Below, piece after piece: positions 1 through 10,400 of a stretch of 64,000 nucleotides of DNA (within the stretch, counting starts at the first letter, position 1; each line of letters begins with the position of its first letter). A program made the translations under genes and the position numbers. The stretch is taken from the IMG/VR virus record IMGVR_UViG_3300032132_000248, positions 6,895-70,894 of that record; one strand, 5' to 3'. The stretch is from a virus. The notes under the pieces are model-generated. The model was not told where the DNA came from. It was given only the letters and a program-made list of their open reading frames with translations, and searched no databases.

Positions 1-1393
1 ATGACATCACTAAGTCATCATTATATCCTGACATAGCTTCTGCCCTATTATTGTTATATATAAATACGAATAATTCATCAATTAACCTCTGGGAAGAAAC
101 TATAACAGATTTCTCTCTAAAAAATTCTTCTAATTTTGCTATAACTAATGGTCTTGTCTTCATAGACATTGTAAAACCAGGAACCATTTGTTTTTCTTGT
201 CCATAAATTTTATTTGTCATTTGTTTTTGTGTATCTACATATTGTAAATCTTTTGACATATAAAATAAGTTTTCATAATCTCTATCTATACACTGTTGTA
301 TAGCTGCCCAACCAATTGATGCATTCTCAATAACTAATAATGCATTGTTATATTCCTGTGATATATTTACAAGTAAGTTACCAAAATCTTTAGTTCCAAT
401 CTTTCCTTTATATTCTGCTACTTGTTTACAATCTTCTACTTCCATAACATGAAATGCTGAATAATCTGTTCCATCGCCCCTACTAACGTCAGCACTCACT
501 ACATAATCTTTTGTATAATTTGGTTGTTCCCATACCCAAACATTACTATCTACTCCTCGTCGTTCAATTGGATCTCTAACATGATCAACTTTATATTCTT
601 CCAATATACGACCATCAATTACCATCTGACCAGAAGTTACAAAATCACAATCACATTCTTGTGCTGCCATTGAAGGACCTAATAATTTATCTTGATGATC
701 TCTCCACTCTTGGTCCCTATCTGGATGTACTGACCAATGTAACTTTAAAATATTCCATTCATTTAAACCATCTTCAGCATCAATCCAAGTTTTATGAAAC
801 CAATTACCAACACCATTTGGTGTAGAAAGTGCTATACATCTTCCACCTAATGCCAAAGTTTGAGATGCAGCAGTCCATATTGAATCTATTCTAGGAATAA
901 ATGCAGCCTCATCTAAAATCAACAATGACAATGCTTCTGATCTACCAGCCTCTTCAGAACTTGCTACTGCTTTTATTTGAGAACCATTCTTATATCTTAA
1001 TGACAATTTATTATCTTCTACACATTTTTGTTTTAGCCAAGTTGGTAAACTAGCATGCATTACCCTAACTTTAGTAACCAAATTTTTAGCTACATCTTGT
1101 TTAGTTGCAATAACCAATATATTCTTATCATCATAAAATGTCATCATCCATAATGCATACCCTGCAGTTAATGTTGATATACCTAACTGTCGGGCTTTTA
1201 GAAGAACATTATAATCCTTATTAACAAATTCTTTTAAAGTTTTCTCTTGATAACTGTATAAATCAAATTTTATTTTACCTTTTTGTGGATGTTGAATATA
1301 ACAATATCTTCTTAAAAAATGTACAGGATCTTTTGCACACTTTTTAAATTCGAGTCTAATAGCTTCTTTTATTTGTTTTTTATCTGTATTCAT
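1..1393 (-). CDS. terL: Terminase large subunit (T4 gp17-like), 3' end runs off the window
   Basis: Not in ORF track; manual translation from ATG at 1393: MNTDKKQIKEAIRLEFKKCAKDPVHF...YQE...LLKARQLGIST (Walker A region), LLILDEAAF (Walker B), LSTPNG (motif III), ADVSRGDGTDYSAF and YNDDLVMS (RNase H-like nuclease motifs). Confidence 0.95.
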   Translation of the reverse strand, partial: MNTDKKQIKEAIRLEFKKCAKDPVHFLRRYCYIQHPQKGKIKFDLYSYQEKTLKEFVNKDYNVLLKARQLGISTLTAGYALWMMTFYDDKNILVIATKQDVAKNLVTKVRVMHASLPTWLKQKCVEDNKLSLRYKNGSQIKAVASSEEAGRSEALSLLILDEAAFIPRIDSIWTAASQTLALGGRCIALSTPNGVGNWFHKTWIDAEDGLNEWNILKLHWSVHPDRDQEWRDHQDKLLGPSMAAQECDCDFVTSGQMVIDGRILEEYKVDHVRDPIERRGVDSNVWVWEQPNYTKDYVVSADVSRGDGTDYSAFHVMEVEDCKQVAEYKGKIGTKDFGNLLVNISQEYNNALLVIENASIGWAAIQQCIDRDYENLFYMSKDLQYVDTQKQMTNKIYGQEKQMVPGFTMSMKTRPLVIAKLEEFFREKSVIVSSQRLIDELFVFIYNNNRAEAMSGYNDDLVMS

Positions 1394-1395
1394 TA

Positions 1396-1767
1396 TTATA
1401 AAATATTAGTTATACGATTAAAAGTATACGTTATCGCCGCAGATATAATTGCGCCAGATGTAAAATATAACCATTTATTTTCGTACCAAGATGATTTAAC
1501 TAACTTTGTTTTTTTTTCAAGTAACTTAACATCATTTTCTAAAACATCAATTTTTTCTTCTAATTTTAATGTGAGAGTACTGTCCGAAAATATAACTTCC
1601 TTATGTATATATATCAACTTATTTTGTAGATTTACAATATTTTTTAAAGAATCTACTTCAAACTGTAAATTCTGAACATTTATTGCAATTTTTTTTGATT
1701 CTTCATCAGTAAGCGTAACTTGAGCAGAACAAAATGCAGTTATTAATAATATTAATATCCATTTCAT
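1396..1767 (-). CDS. Secreted/membrane protein with signal peptide, coiled coil and C-terminal TM helix (possibly spanin-like)
   Basis: N-terminal hydrophobic MKWILILLITAFCSA, heptad-rich middle, C-terminal WLYFTSGAIISAAITYTF. The spanin role is inference only. Confidence 0.45.
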   Translation of the reverse strand: MKWILILLITAFCSAQVTLTDEESKKIAINVQNLQFEVDSLKNIVNLQNKLIYIHKEVIFSDSTLTLKLEEKIDVLENDVKLLEKKTKLVKSSWYENKWLYFTSGAIISAAITYTFNRITNIL

Positions 1768-1786
1768 TATAATTAAAAAGATCCAA

Positions 1787-2074
1787 TTATCTCAATAAAG
1801 TTACGGTAGTACCGCCAACATTGACGACCTTTTTTAATGCGATTGGATATATTTGTCCTGTTACTAATCCTGCGCTAATTGTTCCTGTACCATTAACTGG
1901 AGTCAAAGTATAATTAGTTCCAGCATTAACTATAAATGCTGTACTAAAATTTGACCCTGTAGCTTCAAAGGTTGTACTTGCTCCTACCGCCTGCACCACT
2001 TCTCCATATGCATTTTGAGTAGTTTCAACTGCTTTAGTTCTCCCTACAAATGATCCTTGTACTGCTGTTGCCAT
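1787..2074 (-). CDS. Small beta-rich putative virion structural/head decoration protein
   Basis: Thr/Gly/Val/Ala-rich 95 aa with GQIYPIALKKV; strong AGGAG RBS upstream; next to terminase. Confidence 0.4.
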   Translation of the reverse strand: MATAVQGSFVGRTKAVETTQNAYGEVVQAVGASTTFEATGSNFSTAFIVNAGTNYTLTPVNGTGTISAGLVTGQIYPIALKKVVNVGGTTVTLLR

Positions 2075-2083
2075 TATTTACTC

Positions 2084-2377
2084 CTATTTTTTTGCAAATT
2101 TTCTTAAAAAATCTTCAGCGTCTTTTGAATCTTTAATTTCCTTACGCTTCTTACTGCCTTTTTTAACACTTTTTATTTCTTTTTCTATATCTGCAGCCTT
2201 AGTTTTCAAATTTTTAGATTCTTTTTTTGCTGTTTTAACCTTTTTACCGATAGATTTAATCTTTTTAGTAGAATCTTTTAATTTTTTATCAATCTTTTTT
2301 ACTTTTGCCCGTTTTATGGATGATGCTTTGCCTGATATTCCTAAAAAAGCTAAAATTAGAGCTATTATTTTTCCCAA
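2084..2377 (-). CDS. N-terminal TM anchor plus Lys-rich coiled coil (possibly inner-membrane spanin-like)
   Basis: IIALILAFLGI followed by a long charged helix. Confidence 0.45.
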   Translation of the reverse strand: MGKIIALILAFLGISGKASSIKRAKVKKIDKKLKDSTKKIKSIGKKVKTAKKESKNLKTKAADIEKEIKSVKKGSKKRKEIKDSKDAEDFLRKFAKK

Positions 2378-2379
2378 AC

Positions 2380-2649
2380 CTATAACTCCCGTTTTATTTT
2401 AGTAATATATCTGGCTAATTCCTTCCTATCCAACCCCAAACCATCAATTATTTTAGCTAATGCTGCAATTTGTTTCCTACGATTTAAATTAGCACCTTTT
2501 ATCGCGCTGACCGCCTTAGTTAAAAATCTTTGTGCTTGAGCTGGTAATTTTACATCAAGTTTATCTAATCCACCTTCTGACTGTTTTTCTGATATAATGG
2601 ATTTGATTTCTTCTCGTACCATACTTCTAAGTTTCTTTATGTCCGACAT
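2380..2649 (-). CDS. Hypothetical internal head protein with xxKLRxMVREEI leader
   Basis: MSDIKKLRSMVREEIKSIISE resembles the leader family at 13355, 13782 and 16187; AGGAG RBS. Confidence 0.55.
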   Translation of the reverse strand: MSDIKKLRSMVREEIKSIISEKQSEGGLDKLDVKLPAQAQRFLTKAVSAIKGANLNRRKQIAALAKIIDGLGLDRKELARYITKIKREL

Positions 2650-2680
2650 GAACTTCTCCTATTGTATATAATCCTACACC

Positions 2681-2697
2681 TATAAATATATAAATAT
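2681..2697 (-). promoter_or_regulatory. Putative phage promoter motif ATATTTATA (two overlapping copies)
   Basis: Plus-strand tataaatat at 2681-2689 and 2689-2697, in an intergenic gap upstream of the 2649 start; same 9-mer in gaps at 11262, 16449 and 40026. Confidence 0.45.
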
Positions 2698-2698
2698 A

Positions 2699-3250
2699 TT
2701 AAATTGATTCTTCCAATTTTTTTAAATATTCTTCGGCTTCTTCAATTTCTTTGTTAATATTGTCTTTATCTACTTCCCACTGCTCTTCATCAAGTGAATA
2801 TCCATCTGGTTTAACCTGATTAAGAAAAGTAACTGTATCTGGAGCTTTTTTCCACTCTTCAATAGACTGTTTCATTTCTTTAAGATAAGATTTTTTATTT
2901 TGTCTAACAGTTTCTTTGATATGATCATTTAATTTTCCCTGTACCGCTAATTTATTCTCAAATTCTACCTGACAATCCAAACAATGATTATATCTACGAT
3001 AATACTGACTATCAATCCTTTTTTTCATTATCCTATCACATTTAGGACAAAACCAAGGCGTTCTAGCTTCCTGTAAAATCTCTGATCTTTCATCTTTTAT
3101 TTTTTTCTCTATTGCTTCTTTTTCTTCTAATTCTTTTTTAAACTCTTTATCAACACCACTTACAAATACTCGTTTTTCAGGCTTTCCCCCATCCATAATA
3201 TTTTGTAATGCCTCATTCTGTCTTTGATTTTCTTTACTATATCCTGCCAT
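2699..3250 (-). CDS. Hypothetical protein with Zn-ribbon (CPKC...CLDC)
   Basis: Two CxxC pairs; AGGAG RBS. Confidence 0.7.
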   Translation of the reverse strand: MAGYSKENQRQNEALQNIMDGGKPEKRVFVSGVDKEFKKELEEKEAIEKKIKDERSEILQEARTPWFCPKCDRIMKKRIDSQYYRRYNHCLDCQVEFENKLAVQGKLNDHIKETVRQNKKSYLKEMKQSIEEWKKAPDTVTFLNQVKPDGYSLDEEQWEVDKDNINKEIEEAEEYLKKLEESI

Positions 3251-3258
3251 AATTTCTC

Positions 3259-4482
3259 CTAAAAAGTTAATAACCCTAAAATTTGATTTACTGGTGCAAA
3301 TGCGCCAGTGAATTTGTAAACTTTACCTTTATACTTAAATACAATTCCTTCTGATGGAACTATAGAATCTAACCCGCCTATTGAATTTAATTTACTTACT
3401 TGTAGTTTTAATGCTTCCAATTTCTTAATATCTTTGGCGGTTTTTACTTTAGCTATTGCTCCAATTACATTCTTTCTTATTTTTTGTACTGCATCATCTG
3501 GAGATGCGGCTAAGTATCCACTGATATTTTTTAAAATTTCAGTTCCTACTGCAAAAAATAAAACTTCAAAAGGCCTCATATTTTGTTTTACCATTTTTTG
3601 ATGATCTACCTTATCTGTAGTTAATACCCAATCCAAAAAATCAGGATATTTCTTAAAATCTTTTTTAATCATTGGTATTTTATATGATTTATCAAAGAAT
3701 GCCCAACGTTTTACTAAAGATTTATATGCTTTATTTGTTATTTTTACTCTAAATTGTTTTTCTGCGTTAAAAATAAATTCTTCCCAATACCTTTGATGGT
3801 AAAGTGCTAAAGTATCTTTATCTTTTAATGCATATTCTTTTTGTAATTTACTTAACCTACTTAAAAAAGTTTTCTTCTTAGCATCAAAGTTTTGTGATTT
3901 AGGAACACTTAAAAATTGTGGTTTACCAATTTTATAATGTTTTTGTATATGTTGATTAACTTGTTTAATCATACCAGCTAACATTCTTGCAGACCCTTTA
4001 GGCTGTCCTATAGGATTTCCACTATCATCATATTCTAAAGTACCGTGAAATACTATTTGTGCTTTATCATAATCTATGACATTTGATGACTTAGGCCACA
4101 TAACTTCGAGATTCATCCATCTCTTACCATTACCAAAAACCTTTTCCTTTTGAGCATCCGATAACGCTCCTATAGATTTACTTAAATCTTTCATTGCAAA
4201 AACAAATGCATTTTTAATATCACCCCTACCTGCAAATTTAGAAGCAACACCTTTAGTAGTCATAGCCTTTTCACCAAAATTCTTTAATTGTCCTTTATTT
4301 CTGGCTGTAACTAATTTTCCATCTTTCCAACTAATCATTAAATTTTGACCATCTAATTTTTCTGTAACACCATCTTCTCTATTAAGATTTCCGCCTAATC
4401 CATCAGTAATTATTTTCTTTAAATCTCCAAATGTCAAATCTTTATCATCAAATGGATGATTCATATGTCCATATGCTCCACC
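3259..4482 (-). other. Domain: covalent nucleotidyltransferase (RNA ligase-like, DUF6267-like)
   Basis: GGAYGHMNHPFD start, motif I TEKLDG, ARNK, motif III NLEV, motif IV SEGIVF, motif V YKFTG. Confidence 0.65.
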
Positions 4483-7400
4483 TTCAATTAATAAATCTAA
4501 ATCCTCAACTATTGATATTTTTTCAGACAAACTTTTTACATATTTTTTAGCCGCCTTATCTCCTTTATTTTTAGCCACCCATTGAACTGCACTTTTACGA
4601 CTTATTGTTTTCTTTCTACCTTTTGGATTGGGGTTTTTTACTGTATCAGGTGCGTTCGCCATAAACTTTCCTGCATCTTTCTTTTCTGCATCTGATTTCT
4701 TTTGTTTCCGAGCTTTATATGCTCTATAAGCCCCAAATGAAACTCCCGCCGCCATTGTTCCAACACGACCAAAAGCTTTTACATAAGGTGCTGTCAACCC
4801 TGTCGCTGCTCCCACTGCAGTTAATACTAAAAACTTAGTTCCCATTTCACCACTAAATAACTGTGCAAATGAAACATCTCCAACCGCCGCCGCTGTCGCT
4901 GCAGCTGATAAATCTAAATCATATTCTGGGTCTCCGATAAAAGTCATCTTTGTCCATGCGTAAGTTACCGCTGCTGCCGCACCTATACCCATTACTCTTT
5001 TTAGTTTTGGATGTTCTCTGAGATAATTATCTAATTTAACTAAAGACTTTTCTTTCTTTTGCCCAAATTTAGTTGTTGCTAATTTCTGTGCTATCTTATC
5101 AGGTACATAATTAATAATTTTTTGATATGCTTTAAATCCTTTCTTAGCGCCCTCAAATACTTTATCCACACTAAAATCATTTAATTTAGCAACAGAAAAA
5201 GTATTCTTATTCATCATAGACTTTCTAACTTTAGATAATGGTTGTTTTGCCCTTTTAGACCAATCTTTTAGAAAGTTATTAAACTTGACTCCCTCTTCTA
5301 AAGTCATACCTTCTATTATAACCGATTCTGTTGCAGATTCTTGTTTCTTCCATCCACCTACAACATCGCCCATTGAATATGAGTGTGATGCACCTGGTGT
5401 TACTATAGCAACAGTTTTGCCATCAGATTCTATTTCTTTTATTTTTTTATCCATTTGAATATCACGAGCTTTATTGAAAGATTTAGCTGATTTTCCAGCT
5501 TTACCTTTAACTAAACTACTTAAATGGTCTTTACCATATTTCTTTTCTGCCCATTTAAAATCTTTATGTCCAGACTCAAAATCACCAGGATATGACATTA
5601 GATATAATAATTGTTTATCAGCTTCGTAATCTGCATCACCCTCTAATGATTCAACTTCTCCATTACCTGATCCTGGTGGAAATCCACCTTTATACCCAGC
5701 ATCTCTTAATGCTTTTTTATTTTGTTTAGTTAATTTATCTGCGGGAACAGAATCCTCATCACCTTGACCAAACATATTTGCAAACATAAAAGCCTGTTCT
5801 TCCTCTTTTATATTTCCTGTTTCGTCTGCGATTTGGTCATATATTGGCGCGTCTGGATTTGATATATCTGAATTTTCTCCATCCCAAGTTTTTACACAAT
5901 CTATTTTATCACCAAACTCTTTCTTTAATTCTTTAACTATATATTCTTGTTCATCTCCACCACCACCTGCAAATGGATCATCATCACTTTTACCACCTTC
6001 AGTCAAAAAACAAACTTTCTTTTTTGCATCTAATGCATCTTTTACTTTCTGTTTTACTTCAGGAAGTACCTTATTCTCTATTGCCCAATTTTTTGAATGT
6101 TCTATAGCATAAATATCCGTATCTTGTTCTTCATCATATACCTTATGACCATGATTTGTTCCAATTATACTACTTCCACCCTCTGTTTGATGTATATAAT
6201 TGTCTCTCCAACGATTTTCTTTAAAACCTTCCTCTGTGTTATCTCCAAAATCTGGAGCATTATCATAATCTTTATAATTTAGATTAAAAGGATCTCTTTC
6301 TTTTTTACCTGATGGATTATCTGGTTCTACATTTTTAGAAGTTTTATGTTTACTTATATAATCTTGTTGAGCGTCTACCGACTTATCCGTCCAGTATTCT
6401 TCGCCAGCTTCTTTTAACAATTCTTTATTCCACCACTCTTTTGAAAACAACTTTGATTCTTTTAAATCAGTATTTTCTGTTTCATCATCTGCTCCAGGTA
6501 ATACTGGTTCTTGTACTTGTACTTTTAACACATTATCTTCTAAACCTAACCACTTAATAACTTCAAATCCTAAATTAGACAATACAAAATTTAATCTTTC
6601 TTTATACTTGTTATGTAAATTACGTTCACTCTGTCTACCCTTTATTCCTACAGTTCCATAAGAAGGTGTTGGCATAAATCTATAATTTAATGTATAATCA
6701 AAAGCTGGGTCATGTGCTTCATCAGCAAGCATATAATTTAAAACTGTCCATCCTGTTTCTTTAAAAATAGAATCTAACCACTCAGTAGATCCTTTTTTAT
6801 AATCGCCAAAACCTTTATAATAATGAGCGGGCCCATCATCTATAGGAGCATTAGTCTGAAAAGTTGCTTCATTCAAATATTTTGATACATCTACATCTAC
6901 TAAAAATTCATTTATAAGTTCTTTTGTTATTACAACATTTTCACCAAATAATTTACTAAATTTATTAGTCATCATATTATAAACACCTTTATCAAAATAA
7001 CCAAAGAATTTTTTAAATCTCCGTTCCCTATCATCTGCATACTTTGGTGAACCTAGTAATTGTCTCATAGCAGTACCACTTACTTCCATACCACCTGCCT
7101 GTATAGAAAAATGTGGAGCGGTTAAAATATATCCATGTTTATTATGACCCACTAAATTTTTCTTATTCTTTTTATAATCTTGATAATAAGTTTTTTCGCC
7201 ACCCTTTTTTGTACCACCAGATAATCTATCAGCATCTTTCTTTCCAAAAATATAAACTACTGCAGTAGTATCTTCTGTAAACTTTTTAAGTGTATTTACC
7301 GCGACATATGGTTGTCTTTCTTTAACAATTTTATTAGATGGAATTCCCATTTTAAGCATATGTCGTTTCTTCTCTTTAAAATTCATTGGATGTTTAGGTG

Positions 7401-10400
7401 GTTTTTTGATGTCTGATGTAGTTATATACGCATCATCAAATTGTTTCTTCATCCACTCATATACTTTTTTATGATGAGGTCCAAATGGTTGAAACCTACC
7501 TGCATATATTCCTACTATTTTTTTAATCTTTGAAGTTTCCTCTTTAAATAATTTATCAGCTTTCCAAATATCTTTTGGATCTTGTGCCATATCTAAAACT
7601 TGTATTCTAGCTTTCGTAACTCCATGTTTTGCTGTTAATATTTTTATTATCTTTTTAGCTTCGGAATGAGATTTGGCTTTTGTATAAAGTATATCTTCTT
7701 GTCTCTTACCTGGAGGAATACCCCAAATTACAAATTCTTTTTTACTTTCATTAATATTTTCACCAAGTAATCTTAATAATTGTGTCATTACTAATGGATT
7801 GTTAGAAAGAAATGTTTGTAATTTACTTATATTCTTAGCATAATTTTTTGGTAATACGTTTTTATCAATTAATGTTTTCAATGCCTTTTTCATCTTTGGT
7901 TTATTTACAAATTCCAAAATAAAATCTTCATCAACTTTTAAACCACCCGTATCCATTTTATCACTAAATTTTTTCAATTTATCATAAGACCTAAATTGTT
8001 TTAACTTTCTTTGTTTTGCTATCTTCATGACATCTACATTCTTAACTCTCATATGTTGTTTTACTATATAATAAATATCAACTGGATTACCACCCATTGA
8101 TTTAATCCACGTACGATATTTCTTAACTAATTTAGCAGAAACATGTTCATGTCCATAATGAGTTGGATGTCCTTTTTTTGGATGAATGCCTGCGGTTTCA
8201 TCTTTACCTATATCGTGGAATAATGCAGCCAGTGCCAAATCTATATCACCTGGATTCAATTTCATTGCTCTATTAACTACAGTTATAGTATGTTTTAAAA
8301 CATTACCCTCTGGATGAGCATCTTTTCTCTGCGTTACCTTTTTTAAATCCATTACTCTCTTTTTTAAATCAGATGGTAATGCAGTATATAAATCTCTGAA
8401 TGATTTAATTGGTCTAATTGCTATTTCATTTAAAAATTTCTCTTTCTCCTTTGTTTTTATTGCTTTACCTATTTCAGGCCCTTTTAAATCTTTAGAAACA
8501 TCTTTACTACCAACAGATAATTTAAATTTAGCCATCTTTACAACATCTGACTCATTACCAATTAATTTTCCATATTCCTTTATTTGAGCAATTGTTAAAT
8601 TTGTTTTTTCTTGAAACTTCTTAAACATATAAATTTCTTCTGATTTAAAATTCTGTAAAGATACTAAAAATAATACATTTGTAGATTCCTTAACTGTATA
8701 TCGCATGGAATTTAATTTATTACCTAATTTACCAGGATTATTATCTTTTAACAAATATGCAAGTTGTACTATATAATCTTTAGAATTTATAAATTTTTTA
8801 TTTATGCTAAGTCCTGGCAATATTTGTTGTAACATTCCAAGATTATTAGCCAATTGAAGATATTTCTTTGGTGATTTTGCTTTAATCAAACTCTTTACAA
8901 ATTCTTCTCTAATTCTTTCACTACTTACTCCATTTAAACTTGGGTTTTTCTTTAATGCTGCAAATGTATCTACATGCATCGTTCCACCAAGTGCTGCATT
9001 AAATCGTAGTGCTCGTAGTTTTCTTAATGGGTCTTCATCGAATCTTTCATCTGCTAATCCTACTGTACGAACTTGTTTCTTTTTTAAATCTTTAATTCCA
9101 CCTACCAAATCTACTATAGTATTTTTATCAATATCATAAAATAAAGCATTGATAGTAAGATCTCTACGTTTAACATCTCCTTTTATATCAGTAAAATCTA
9201 CCGCATCTGGTCTCCTACCTTTACCAATATCTTTTCTGAATGTAGCAATCTCATGTCCATTAACCATAACAACACCAAAAGATTTTCCAACTTCTACTGT
9301 TTTAAATTTACCTTGTTTTGCAATAGCTAATACTTCGTCTGGTTTGGCGTCAGTTGCCATATCAAAATCTTTTGGACTTTTACCCAAGATGGCATCTCTC
9401 ACAGCTCCACCTACCACATAAAGTTGTTTTCTATTCTTTTTAAATAACTTATGTATTTTTTTTATATCTGCTGGTATATTTAATTTTAATTTTTGTTTAG
9501 CTTCATCTATCGTACGATATTGGTCATCTTCTCTTTCTTTATCTAATTTTTTCTTGATTTTCCTAACTTTTTTAGGATCGGGTGCACCAGATATAGTTCC
9601 ATCTCCAGCAGTTATTCCAATAAACTCTTTAACAATTTTTTGTTTTTCAATCCACTTTTTAGCTTGTCTGCTTTTTATTGGTTTTTTAATAAATTTACCA
9701 ATACCCTTTTTCACCAACATATTAAACTTTTTCTGTGCTTGTTTTGGATTTAAAGTAGCATTATTATCAACTAACATAAAATTAGAACCACCAAACATCC
9801 CTTGAAAATATGCCATATTTTTTTGTACATTATTCCAATATTTTTCTACAAGTTCAGAAGGTAAAATTCTATCTCTTAATTTATTTCTCATTTGTGCAAC
9901 TTCTAATGAGGTATTTACAAATACCATATAGGTATCATAACCTAAATCAATCAATTTTTGTCGTTCTTTCTTAACATCTTTAAATTTATGACCAGTTCCA
10001 TCTATAATAACTCCAAGTCTACCTTGTGAATATAACTTTAATCTTTGTTTACTCAAGGCTTTAGCATGTTTTCTAACACCCATATGTGCACTATAACTTG
10101 GGTCTGTAATCTGTCTAAATAAATCATCTGGCATATTATCTAAATCCGTTGTACCAAAGTATTTTTTCAGAAAATTTTCTAATTCTGTATCTTGATTAAC
10201 AAGTTTTAATCCATAAGCAGAAACATTTACTTTATCTGGTATTCCAAACAATCCACCAGCAACATATGACTTTCCACTTCCAGGACCACCTGCAAGAAAA
10301 ACTGCTTTAAATATACCTGGGTCATTTACTCCTTCTCTAATAGAACGATTTAATCTACCATAAACCCGCTTCTGTCGCTTTCTCATACCCAACCCTGTAG

